From Kondoa subrosea (Eukaryota): a DNA stretch of 64,000 nt. Where the stretch lies: contig BCIN01000002.1 in the NCBI GenBank assembly GCA_039545335.1, forward strand, positions 1,749,118 through 1,813,117. The letters run 5' to 3'. Made by a program: the position numbers and the translations under genes. Shown here one piece after another: positions 25,033 to 37,487 of the stretch; within the stretch, counting starts at the first letter, position 1, and the number at the start of each line of letters is the position of its first letter. The notes below the pieces were generated by a model, which saw only the letters and a program-made list of their open reading frames with translations, was not told the DNA's origin and made no database searches.

Positions 25033-26092
25033 ATGTCACTTGAAGAAGATTCCGTCAGAAAGACAAACGACGCAACCTCTTCCCGCACAGGAAGCACGCC
25101 GCACGCGACACCTCTCGGTGTCAAATCGTCTGAAGTATGCGAACGAAAAGAAGACGAAGAGGTTTCCTCCGGAGGCTCTGAAATCAGCACTTGCAAAGGT
25201 GGAGAACATCTCTTATTCAATCAGTTCTCCACTCAGCGGGTTTGAATATTTACAGAGATTACTGCGCCAACACTTGATGCGCTCCTTGCATACCAAGAAG
25301 TCGTTCGCGCAGATCTTACTTGCCCAATCTGCTGGGATTTCTTTTATAAACCCGTGGCACTTCAATGCGGACACGTCATGTGTAAAGCTTGCGTGATACA
25401 TTGGTGGAAGCCGAAGGCGAAGTGCTCACACTGCAGAATAGAAGTTCCTCGAAGTCCTTCTGCACCAATCAAAGCAATCGAAGCACTCGTCACGTCCTAC
25501 ATAGAGACGCATTTGGCCAATTCAAGTCAATCTGAGGCTGATGAGTTCCTAGAAAATCGTAGAGTACAAGAAGCAGAAGCAGAAGAGGTCATCAAACAAG
25601 CTGGCGATCAGAGACGTGTCGTGGCGCAAAGAAGAGCACAAGCAGAAGCACGACAACAGGCCATGGTGAAACAGAATGGTACAGATTGTGGGATCTTACA
25701 TTGAAGCCGTGGCGAACAATCAACACGCACGTTTTGTTGTCGACAATGAAGCGGAATTGATCAATCTCGTCAATACTGTTCCTCCTCATCTTGATCCGTA
25801 CACGCACAATACAGCGCGTCTTATTCTTGCCGACGCAGAATCAGCACGTGCGATGAATGAGCAAGCTAGAAGAGAGAGAGAGACACTACAGGCTGTAAGG
25901 GTACAACTTGAAGAAATGACGGCCCGAAGACAGACGAATGACGAAACTGGAGACAGAAGAGTTATCGTGCCCAGGCAAGCTCTAGAGCAACCTGCTGAAG
26001 TGGCCGGACACCGTGCTGAACTTGCGGAGCTCAATGAGAGGTTGCAAGCATTTCGGAGAGCTCTGGACGACAGAATGGCGCGACGGGGATAG
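25033..26092 (+). CDS. C3HC4 RING-finger protein (putative E3 ligase)
   Basis: Spliced CPICWDFFYKPVALQCGHVMCKAC...CSHCR followed by a coiled-coil tail; the junction near 25680 is unresolved. Confidence 0.75.
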
Positions 26093-26776
26093 GTCAGAGA
26101 GTTGTCGGATGTGTTTGTGTGCTTTGCTTGTTGTCTTGAAGTTTAACATAAGCTTGTTCGAAAGGTCCATGTTCCAATTACTGTGTATAAAGATGTAGTG
26201 AAGTGTATCTAGATGATGATTATGTTTGGTTATCGATTTTCTTCCTATTGTTTCATACAATCTTGCCAGATGGCGACGAGGTTTGAGAGGCCTTGTTATG
26301 CGGTGATGCCGAGCGAAAACCTATCGTGAAGACCTTTAGTCATCATAGGGGACGGTGATTAGCCAGCGACATCTGGTAGTGCTACAGGAGCATCAGTTAG
26401 ACACGCATTTCAGGAGAAACCTTTAGAAAGCATAGGCATAGGAGAAAATGACAGAAAGCAGGATAGTTGAGCAACGAGATAACAGGCGTAGCTGAGTACT
26501 GAAGCGGGAAGAGAGAGATGTATACAATGCGACCAAGCGCAAAGCATTGCAAATCAAAGGATCCAATACGATTCCGAGCTTTCTTCTTGCTGCGCTGCTC
26601 TTGAGACATACATTGATCCTCTACGAATCAACCCAAATGCATGCTCTTTTTTTGATGAACGGTGCAGCATTCCGAAACCTTGAGACCAAATCCATGTCAC
26701 CCTCTCTTAGCAATACTCTTCGCTATGAACCACATACGTCTCTCTCTCTCTTGCCATACGAATGACCCAATGCAGA

Positions 26777-27113
26777 TTAACGGAACTTCTTGAAGCCAAT
26801 TTGCTCAGATCGTTCCCTGAAGCATTGTCTAATTCAAGACTTGTTAGCTTCAATTTTGCTGTAGACCTTGAACTTTGACACACCTGCAGATGTTCAGGCC
26901 GTATTTGCGGATGATACCAGCTTGGTGAGCGCAGACTCGGCTGTTTCACGATTTATTGAGCTTTCCTCTATTTTTCTCGGTAGGTAAGACTTGCCACTCT
27001 CTCGAACCCTTCCCGTAACTTCTAGGACGTGAATACCAGACGTTTGCGTGAGCTAATAATCCAACTATAAGCGGACAACACTAGCCAAGAAGGAGATTTC
27101 ATGACTTACCCAT
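26777..27113 (-). CDS. RPS29: 40S ribosomal protein S29 (uS14), 4 coding exons, not in the ORF track
   Basis: Spliced product [56 protein letters not shown]; intron 2 (26941-26994) is GC-AG. Confidence 0.97.
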
Positions 27114-27331
27114 ATTGTAAAGTGTCGAAAAAAGTTAGAGACTGTTTGGAGAAATCTGTAATGAGATGCTTTATCGATGTGTATGGAATTGCCTTGGGTA
27201 TTCACCTCTGTTAAAGCTCTTGAGGCACTCTCGTCGTGTTGGAAAAGGTGCGACGAAATTTCGCGGCGACGAAGCCGAGCCAGGCGAGTGAGAGAGAGGT
27301 ATAGGACTTCTGCTAAGCTTATCTTGGACCA

Positions 27332-29385
27332 ATGAGCTGCTTACACAAGCTTCTAAGACCTGCTATCTACCGTAACTTGACCACAAAGTGAGCTTACAAG
27401 GGATTTGGAACAAAGTGTCTCGACCTTATGCGTGACTTCACAGAGCAGATTCACCTTATGCTGCCTTGTTTGAAGACTTGCAGCAATCTGGCAATATTGA
27501 AGTCTTACCCCCTCTGCGCAGAGCTCGGGGCTCTACCAGACCAGCGACCTTGACGGCAGGCGAAGCTGCTCAATTCAACGATGCTCTTCGAAAGCTTCTG
27601 CCAAGCTATCAAGCGGACGGTACCAGCAAGGGAAACGAGTACTTCGATTCTGCTGCACCCAAGCCTGGGCCATCTGAGACCTTTCATCAATTGGAAGGCT
27701 ATTTCAGAACTCATGGTAACAAGCGAGCAGTCAAAGCTATGGCAGCTGTAAAGAAAGAACACCAGTTCGGTGCGCAGAATCTGGAAATGGACACAATGAA
27801 TGAAGAACTTGCTACTCTTGAGACCGATCAGCAACTTTGGTCCTGGATCTATGACAAAATTCATGCCAAAGATGGCCAATTCGTCTACTCTCCCAACTAT
27901 CCTAAAGTCATCAATATCGTCTTTGAGAGGCTCTCACCTAATCCTCAACTTGCTCTCGCTCTGTTTCATCTGGTTTCTACCATTTCTGCTCAAAGTTTCG
28001 TCAGCTGTGTGACTGCTTCTTTATACCATAATCTCTGCAAACTCAAGTGGTCTATATGGTTCGATGTTCAAGGTGTAGAAGAATCGATTCAAGCTATGGT
28101 TCGCTCCGGTATCGTTATCGATTGGTCTATGCGAACATTAGTCTATCAGATCAGACAAGCTATCGATGCAGATTATAATAAAGCTTTCTCTGAGTTATCT
28201 CCACTCACCACTCAACAGCTCACTCCAGAAGAATTGACTTCCGCAACAGAAAAGCGCAGTCGCTTTTCAACTTCTGATCGAAAAGCATTATCGAGAATGG
28301 AAGTCTTGGTAGCTGAACAACCATATACACCCCCAAACACTTCTTTCGATAGCTACAATGAGCCTCACAAACCTCAAAGCAATTACCGTGGTCATTCATA
28401 CTATATCGATACAAAGCGTTTGCGACCAACAAGGCATGTAGAAGAATTCGATGGCCCTCTTTGGAACGATCGACCACCAACTTCATCACAACCTATCGAT
28501 TCTTATCTTCATGAAATGGAACGCGATCCTCCTAAAACTCCGTCTTATGCGCATCGCAGAAATATTAATCTCTTCCGCTCTCGTAATTACTCTACCCAAG
28601 CGAGGATGTTTTCTTCCAGTACGAGACGAAACATAGAAGATCCCAAGAAGGAGGCAGAATCAGAAGAGCGGAGATTAAGCTCAGATTGGGGTTTTGAAAG
28701 ACCTTCTTGGGCTGGAACAGAACCGAGGAGAAACAAATGGTTGGAATTGGATAACGAACGAGCGGCTGCAAGAGAAAGGCGTCAAGCTTCACGTGAATGC
28801 GCGCGGTCTTCAAGAAGGACTTCATTTTCAGACGAGTCCAGTACTCTTCGTGGTCCCAATCAGCCCGAATTCGTTTCAGACAGAGTGGCGCGAAGCACAA
28901 ACTTCTTAGACACGGATAGCAGAGAAGTGACTGGTCCGACGAGAAGTCCATCTGAACCTACCAGCACCTTTACACGAACGCTCTCGCCGGAAGAGAAAGC
29001 CAAAGAAGACTCAATCTGGTCAACATACGCCGGACCGGCACCATCTGCATCTCAAATCGCTGATCGGGTAGAAGATCGCAAAGTATGGCAGAAGTATGCT
29101 CAAGAGTCTGAAGATGGCAAGGCCTATCGAACGGCATCTTGGCCAGGAGCTAGTAATTATACCGACCAGAGAGCAACTGTTGGACCAATGCAGACGCCGC
29201 GAGGCGCTCTATACAAGAAAGGCAGAAAGAATTTGACTGCAAAAGAAAAGGCCAGATTCGATACACCACATCCCATGCTGGCATGGAAAGAGCCTTTCGA
29301 TAAAGCTGCGCTTAAGAAGAAGTTGGCCAGATCTGGTCGCGCTCCGGTGTTCCCTAAGCAGAAGAAGAGCATTTGGGATTTGTAA
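27332..29385 (+). CDS. Mitochondrial Mtf2-like protein with a long C-terminal extension
   Basis: Presequence MSCLHKLLRPAIYRNLTTK then one intron; TDQQLWSWI..NYP..P.LALALF..S..SFV..T..LY..L..KW..D..V...M...G..D resembles the Mtf2 C-terminal domain. Confidence 0.65.
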
Positions 29386-29494
29386 CGTAGCGTTTAGTTT
29401 CGTCACAATAATTTTAACTGCCCAGCAGTGTTGAGCATCCGCAAATATATACAAAGCCTTGCGACGGCAATGAACACAACCAAACACCGAATAT

Positions 29495-32400
29495 TCAGCC
29501 GAACAAACGTGGTGCATACTCTACCAATAGTTCCACTACTTTTGCACGATGGTTGATATCACTGCGGATGACTCTGACTGTCAACACGATCGAGTTAACA
29601 AATGACACACGCCTACCTAAATTCTCTTCCAGCAACTGAACTCCGCAACAATGTGGCTGGCCCGATGATCAGAATGTAGGGAATGGTAAATTGTACAAAG
29701 CTTACGACTCCAGACTACCCCGAGATTGGAAGGGCTCATCTTGTTTTCTGAGCTCATCAAATGTATCCTGGAAAATGACCCATGAGCCGAAGAAAAGGCA
29801 CTCAATCGAGGACTGACCGATGAAGATGCTGCATCAGGAATTGCAGGACAGCAAAATGGATTTCTGGGAGTTTCTTGAAACTTTGTTCGAAAAGGTCTAG
29901 TTTGCGACCGTCGGAGTCTCGAAGTTCTGCAGAGGCGATCTAGCTAGGAAGCCAGTAATACAAGTCTGAACTGACCTGCTATCGAAACAAGTTCGTCATG
30001 CAGATCATAGGTGAAAAGCGGTATTGGTAATTCGCGAAAGTAGTTCTTCAGAACGCTGGTGATGGCAGATATGTCCCATTCGGTGTCCTCTAGCTGAAAG
30101 GTCGGCGAGCGTTGAAAACATTGCGTGATTTGCTTGACCTGCGACATTCCTCCGGTCTTGCGATAGATGCCTTCGTAATCCATTCCGTAGCTCTCTACAG
30201 CATTAACGCATTTGACTACGATAGAAGGGATCTTGGCATTCTCAACAGCGGCTTGTTTGGTCAGATCAACACCGAAAACGTTAGTTGCGGAGGAGAGGTT
30301 TGCTGTCAAATCTTCTGCTGCAGCAGAATTACACTGGATTTGATAGTAAGGGGCACATCTTGAATGACAATAGGTGCCACAGGCTACTCGGCAGCTACAT
30401 GAGCGAGTTATATGAATCACGACAACTTAACTCAACGTACCTGCGCAGCGGGATTCCTGAAGACCCCAAATTTTTTCGTTACAATGTTCGCATCGAACTC
30501 CTGTCTTCAGTACATTCACCTGCTGAAAGATGTGATGGCGAGCCAATAGGTCACTGGAAGTTTGACGTGGTGTAGCTGTCACCGAATTTTGCCCAGACTT
30601 ATGCGAAGGCGCCAAAGGTTTTGCGTCGGGGACCGCTTTAGCTTTTCCCCACTTGAATTTCTTGACTTGCTGTGGAGCTACTTGATCCACTCTCTGTGCT
30701 TGCATCAATGAACCCTCAGGAATGGCTTCGAAAGCTCCTCCGATGGAAGAAGTTGTAGCGTGAGAACCGGCCGATTCTCTGAGACGATGCTTAGACATGG
30801 TCATGGGATTGATAGACTGCTGTTGTAGACGACCCAGTGTTTCGCGAGCAACCTCCAACTGTCTGTGTAAATCGGCATTTTGGGCATGTAGATCACCATT
30901 CCGACTTTGTAACTGGACCGCTTCCTTCTGAAGCTCTTCTCGTTGTTCCCGCAATTGAGCCACGTCTCTTTCTGTCCTGTCTCGTTCCAACACCAGAGAC
31001 TCCAGAGCTTGCCTATGTTCATTTTTGATCGAATCGAGGCGGCTCCTTAGCGAATTATGTTGAGAATCATGACCATCCTCACTCCCTTGGCTATGACTGC
31101 AATCAGCATAACGCGTTGAGGCGAAGACTCTTCACTGACATAGATTGAAGCTCGGCTACTTCAGCTACAGTCATGTCCCGTTCCGCTTTTAGTACCGATA
31201 GATGCTTTTCCATACCATAGACGGATGTCCGTAGCTCAGAAGACCGTGTCTGAAGATCTTGGTCCGCCTTTTGCGCAGCATGCAATGTTGCCAGTCGAAC
31301 AGCTTGTTCGTGTAACCTAGTTTTCAGTGCTGCCATTTCTGCTTGAGCCTCATGACGCAGTGCTGCTTCTTTATCTGCCTCGCCCCGAGCGCTATATATG
31401 CCTTCGATATACTGAGAGCTGGCACGCTGTAATCAAGCAGAATGGTCTTTAGTCAAGCAGCAGAAAGGTCTCAGAAATTTCGTACACGTATCGCGTTGTA
31501 CTTCTGCTGAAGAGTCTTCATCTTGTCTTTGGTATTTTGCAAATCCGCAATCAAGCTTTCAACCAGATCCACATCAATTGACGAGGCAGAGAGAGATATC
31601 CTCTGTATAGACTCTCTGATCTTGTCGGTCGCCAATTCTTCTTCCGCTTCCTCGCCTTCTTCGCCTTGAGAGTGGTCTGGGTATTCAGAACCTGCTTCAC
31701 TAGCTGCAGACAGAAACCCATTTTGATGAGGTCCGCTTGGCGAGCCTTGTTCACTGGCGATCTCAACGCCCTCGTTGCCAGAATTTGTTTCATCTTCACT
31801 CGAAACTGGAATTGGCAGCTGACTATTTTCCTTCTTCGCGCCGGGTGTCACTTGTACAGCGTCTAGATAGATTAGAAGGTCTGGATCGTAGAAAGACATT
31901 GATTTTTGTAGATGTTCGGGAAGATTGCTCTTTTTTGCTTCCCGCACTTCTTCGTTCTCATCCTCATCATCTGGAAGTTCAAGTTGAGGCGGTTCGGGAG
32001 ACACGACAAGTTGCGGTTGGCTGTCTTGTCTATTGCTACTGCGTGTAGTAGGACTTGGAGGATCTTCGATGTTAGAAGGTGAGGCAGAGATGGGGTCAAG
32101 CATGTTTTGAGTGTTAGTTGGAGGCGTTGAAGGCAATCCCCCGTAGAATCCAGACCGTCGGTTTGCTGATCGGTCTGCTTTAGTGATAGGTAGTAACATT
32201 GAGCTTCTCTTCGCTTTCTTAGCTTCTTCAGAAGCGGCCATTGTCCTGTTTGTGGGAGGTGCAGATAGGGACAATTGGTCTGATAGTGCGGGAGAGGAAT
32301 CGTATTGTCGATGAGGAGGTGTCAAGGCAGTTGTCATTTCGCCATCGTAAGTCCTACTGCGTCCGCGCATCGAATCCATAGGTCGCGGTGATGTTGCTCG

Positions 32401-33596
32401 AGACGACTGCCTGGAAAGAGACCGGACGGGTTCCATATCTGTTCGGTGATCTGATATAGATATCGTGGGTGAGTGCGGCATGGCAGGCAGATCTTGCGCT
32501 GTGTCTGATTTGGCTACTTTCGTCGCAATTGTTGGTTTCAATTGTGACGGTTTATTTTGTTTGAGATCGGTAGGATCTGGCGTTGTAGCAGTACTATCTA
32601 CGGCAGACGATAAAGGTATTTTGGCAGGACTGAAACTGCTCGAGGAGTTTTCGTCGACTGAAGGATTTGGTCTGCTAGAATCATGCCTTGAGGTTGAAGC
32701 TTCCGGCGGTGTAGGCGTGGGGAAATCGTATTCGGTCCAGTTTCGAGCTGAAGGAGAGGGAGATTGTTGCGGTCTAGAGGCTTGGGACCTGGAACGAGAT
32801 AGAAGTGATTTGCCTTCTTTCGACCTTGATGCCTTGTTCTTGCGTGCTTCGGCGTGCCGTCTACTTCTACTGACTCGTTCGTTATGACACGACATACTGC
32901 ATCAGGATCAAAGCGGGTTAGCAAACGTCGACAGCAGCTTCTAGAACTTACCAATAGATCCCTTGACTCGTTTTCGCGAAGACCAATTCTTGTATCCTAT
33001 TCTCGCACGACTTGCATTTAAAACATTCTGTGTGATAACTTTCATTGCCTAGAGCTCTTTCAGTCTATGGCAGAAATCTTCAATCAATATAATTGACCTG
33101 TAACGATAGCTTCGTCTGTAATAGCTTGGTCGCAAAGAGAGCATACGTAGGAACAGTTCTGACAACTACAGAACCCAGATGAGCAAGAGAAGGGTAACTC
33201 GTGTGTTGGAACACTTGCACTGGTGAGCCGTCTGACAACAGCAGCAGATTCGCTTCATGCTCGACCAGATTGGAGCATTTTGCGCACCGACTGGACCCAA
33301 TCTCAGCGCCGACTTGAATCCTCGACTCTTACAAACTCACAAACAGTCAACGTGATCTGTGCTCCAATCTTAGTCGAAGAGCCTATATCTGTAGCTGACA
33401 TGAAAGGCTCACAGAAAGCTTGCCCAAAGCTTACTACAACCGAATCATTGTTGCTCTCTAGGTTCTGTTTGCATCCATTGCAGCAGCTAGCATTCGGCGG
33501 TTCTGGCTGATTTAAGGGCTCCTTCTCTTGATCTTGAGCTGTAGTTTGAGATCCGCTACGCGCTGAAGACATGATTTCGGAGCCGGCCGCGTGCAT
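29495..33596 (-). CDS. Rho GTPase-activating protein with N-terminal LIM domains, coiled coil, C1 domain and RhoGAP domain (Rga1/Rga2-like)
   Basis: Two LIM Cys/His patterns; C1 HIFQ..RCEHCNEKIWG..C..C...H..C; RhoGAP GIYRKTGG, TSVLKNYFRELP and NKMSPSNLGVVW. Confidence 0.92.
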
Positions 33597-33846
33597 GGCG
33601 CTGGCTCAACAGCGGTCAAGCTTGGAAGTCGAAGAACAAATGAGAGCCGGATAGGCGCAGTCTCGCAGAGCTTGAGCAGAATATGAGCGCTATAGCTTTA
33701 CTCTCAATCGCAATGGTATCTAGTCAGGCGGGCAGGTATTGCTTGTGGCTTGGTTGAAAGATGATAACGCGCGTTTTGATTGCAAGACATCTTTGGATCA
33801 TAGCAGTAGCAAATACTGCGACCCCGCCTCCGTCTCCCCGTAATCA

Positions 33847-35471
33847 CTACTCAAACGGCTTCAACTTATCGCTAGGTAAGTAAGGCTTGATCAGCATTTC
33901 AGAAAATCTAAACCAACGAGCGAGGTCAACGAGTGGATGGTTGCAGGCGTAAAGTTGCCTCACGACTTGATCTTTTCCACTCCTCGTACTTCGCCTGTCA
34001 GCAGCGGCATCTTGACGACATTGAAATCTAAGATTAAAGGATGATGAGTAGAATTCGCTTAGAAACCAGAGATAGCGATAGCTCACCTTCATTGTAAAGT
34101 TCTGCAATCTCGCCCAAGTACTTCTTCTGCATGGCAAATCTAACTTTGCAGTGCTCACAGCCAGAGTCTTTGTTGATGAAAAGAAGTTGATTGACGACAA
34201 TGCAATGTGTGTCGATTTCGTATGAAGTCAACTCTTGAATCAGGCGTTCTGTTTCGTACAGAGATAAGAATTCAGCTGCAACAGGCTCAGTCGACACAAT
34301 AACAGAACGAGTCAGCTGAGACGCCTACAAATGCAAACGCAAACGAAAGTTGTCTTGTCCTGTCAATCAGGATACACGATGTCAATTTAGGAAATGATGA
34401 ATAACACGAGAACTCACAGGATCTTTGAACTGCTTATTGACCTCTGTGATGACCTCTCGCATTGAGTCAAGCTTGGAGAAAGCTTCATCCACGTTCAGTC
34501 CATTGCCCATCCCGAACATAGATCCCATCTACGAGTTATGAATCAGGTATAAGGCGGGAGCAGGAGACCGAAATCAACGCACAGATTGCATCATTGGTCC
34601 AAATTTACCGCTCAAACCGCTCAGTTTAGCCAAAGCCTTCTCTAAGACAGCAGGGAATTGTAAAAATCTGAGGGTGTGGCCAGTAGGTGCGGTGTCAAAA
34701 ACGATTACAGAGTATTTCATAGAGTTGACATGCCTAAGCCATGGTCAGATGAGATGTCACTTTAAGCAGGAAAGTCGCTGTACTTCATAAGTTCCGCGAA
34801 GGCCAGGGCTTCATCCACTCCAGGAATCGCGAATGCCAAATCTTGCATCATATTCCCGGCTCCAGAATCCGCTGTTTGGTCTTGAGATGAGGAATTGCGA
34901 GGGAGCCAGCAGACAGGACAAACATGACTCTATCATCTCTTGTATAGATCCGTTCGGATCAATTTCCATGGCGAATAGGTTCTCGTAGCCGTTGACTTTG
35001 GTCGCATCTTTGCCAAACTTCTGACCGCTGTCCACAGTTGATTACAATTTTGAGCTATTTACTACGTGAATCATGCAGCAGCAGACGCACAAAGCGTCAC
35101 TATATAATGATATAGCGTCAGGACGTGTTGTGTCGTGTCATGTTGTTGTTGCTCACCTCAAGTTGTGCGCAGGATCAGTAGAGCTGTAGAGAGAGCATGT
35201 ATACATCAATCGATCGAATTGAAACACTGACAGAAACACGAACATAAGAAGGACAGATTCGCGACAATATGAAAGTTGTGTTGCAAGCGAGCATGAAGTG
35301 GTTGTTTTGCCTACACCGCCCTTGCCACCTGTAGGATAGAGATGAGCACATGTCTCGATACTTTGCACCCGCTGATTCTGGCTTGCCGACAAAGATCCAA
35401 TGCAAGCTCTGCTGATCCAAAATATTCTGCAAGGAAGGCTCATTGATGTTGTCGTCTACAACTAGTGCCAT
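33847..35471 (-). CDS. GET3: ATPase GET3/ASNA1 (tail-anchored protein insertion)
   Basis: [56 protein letters not shown] and CEHC. Confidence 0.97.
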
Positions 35472-35593
35472 ATTTGCTGCTGCCGCTGCTGTTGAGACCA
35501 CGAGGCTATCGAGACAAGGGGGCAGCCGACTCGACGTTAAGATCAAGGATTGCTCTTAGTTCACATCGACGACTGGCGAGCATTTCTACATGG

Positions 35594-37487
35594 ATGCGTT
35601 GTAGCTCCGTTCTCCGGATTTCCAGATTCACTGCAATGCCTTCTCCTCGCTCCTATGCTGTTTGTTACAGCTTGCCTTTTCCATGTTATTTACATTGTGC
35701 CAATTTTCAATGTCGTTCTAGGACGCTATTCAAGCCTTGAATTCTCTGCAATCGAATGCCAGCGTTTTGGCTGACAAGCGCAACAACTTCACAGCTCGCG
35801 CTCCCTTTATTATTGGCGAGAGTATTGAATATTTGAACCGAGCTGGTTACGAGGTTTGCGATTAGCAACCCCGCCACCAGATGACCGTCTAATTCATGAT
35901 AAGCCGAGAGATTTGAATGCTCTAAATGTCCTTCACATCGCTGGAACCAAGGGCAAAGGTTCAACATCAGCATTCACGTCTTCGCTTTTGACAACATTGG
36001 CGCCTGACGCCAAGATTGGTCTCTACACATCACCGCATCTGGTAGCTGTACGCGAGCGGATAAGAATCAACGGGGATCCCATCAGCGAGGAAATGTTCGC
36101 AAAGTATTTCTGGCAATTATGGGATCGCTATGAGGAAAATCAAGTGGTTATTGCCTTTTCTTCCGAGCGACAGCTTATCCATCGTTGGCTGATGCTCTCT
36201 CGGCGACAGAGGAAAAATGAGGATACGACGATTAGGCCAGCTTATTTCCGCTACCTCACTATAATGGCTTTCCACGTCTTCTTACAAGAGAAGGTCTGTG
36301 ACACGAGGTCCTCTACTAGCATCGAGCAAGCTGACTTTGAAATTAAGGTTGATGCGACTGTGCTCGAAGTTGGTATTGGCGGTTCATTAGACAGCACCAA
36401 TTTGGTACCCAGACCGCTAGCTACGGGTATCACTTCCCTTGGTTTGGATCATACCGCTATTCTAGGCTCCACATTGCCTGAGATTGCCTCAGCCAAAGCA
36501 GGCATCTATAAAGCTTCTTGTCCTGCTCTGACGGTTCAACAGCCTGCGGATGCTCAAAAGGTTGTGGCAGACACAGCAGAACAAGCAGGAGCATCATCAT
36601 TTCAGATTATCGCAGAGTTACAAGCCTTGCAACAAGTACAGCTAGGCTTAGCAGGAGATCACCAAAGAACCAACGCTTCCTTGGCTATCGCTTTGGTCCG
36701 GGATTTCTTATTGACTACTGCTCTTCCTTCTTCCTTCTCTTCGGCCAAAGATGTTCTGCCCGAACTCGATGCTGCTGTCAGAAACAATGGCATAATACCG
36801 CATCGAATCCAGCAAGGTTTACAGAAAGCCTCTTGGCCCGGACGATGCCAAGTCGCCCCTGATCCGCATAGAAAAGGTCTCACATGGTATTTGGATGGAG
36901 CACATACTGTGGAGAGTTTGTGTTGTTGCGCAGATTGGTTTGGGAAGCAACAGCGCGGGAACAAGTCAAGGCATGTGCCTTTTCGCACTTGAAAAGGCCG
37001 AAGCTAACGCAAACTGGCAATAGGAGAATATTGATATTCAATTGCACCTCGGACAGAACTGGGGAAACGTTGCTGGCAGCTCTTACAGATCGACTGAAAA
37101 CAATCTTGGCGTGCAAGAAGTCGGACTTGTTTGATCATGCGATCTTTTGTCCCAACATCACCTACGCAAGCGGCCAATCCAAAGCAGGTATGTTTCAAGT
37201 GGCACCAACTAATATGCACTCACCGTATTATAGATCTGACTTCTGTTGCGACTTCGTCGGATCTCTCTGTACAACATGGCCTGCAGGAAGCATGGTCTCG
37301 TGCCTTGCAAGACGACGACTCGGCGACAATGCGTCCCAAAAGCTCTGTGCTGGAATCCGTCGAAAGTGCAGTGCGGTTTGTACAGAATTATCAAGACAAC
37401 CATCAGAATAATCAATCGTACTCCATTCTGACTTGTGGGTCTCTCCATTTAGTCGGCGGTATATTAGAGGTCTCGCAATTGGCATAG
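35594..37487 (+). CDS. MET7: Folylpolyglutamate synthase
   Basis: ALNSLQSN, HIAGTKGKGST, GLYTSPHL, LEVGIGG..DSTN, WPGRCQ, YLDGAHT and GSLHLVGG. Confidence 0.93.

Noticed and set aside
26500..26611. Plus-strand H/ACA snoRNA (hairpin, AAATCA, hairpin, ACA)
   Set aside because: The stems are weak, no rRNA pocket was identified, and the splice signals point to the minus strand
26547..26949. ORF-track peptides around 26.5-26.9 kb
   Set aside because: Explained by RPS29 exons, introns and 3' region in other frames or on the other strand
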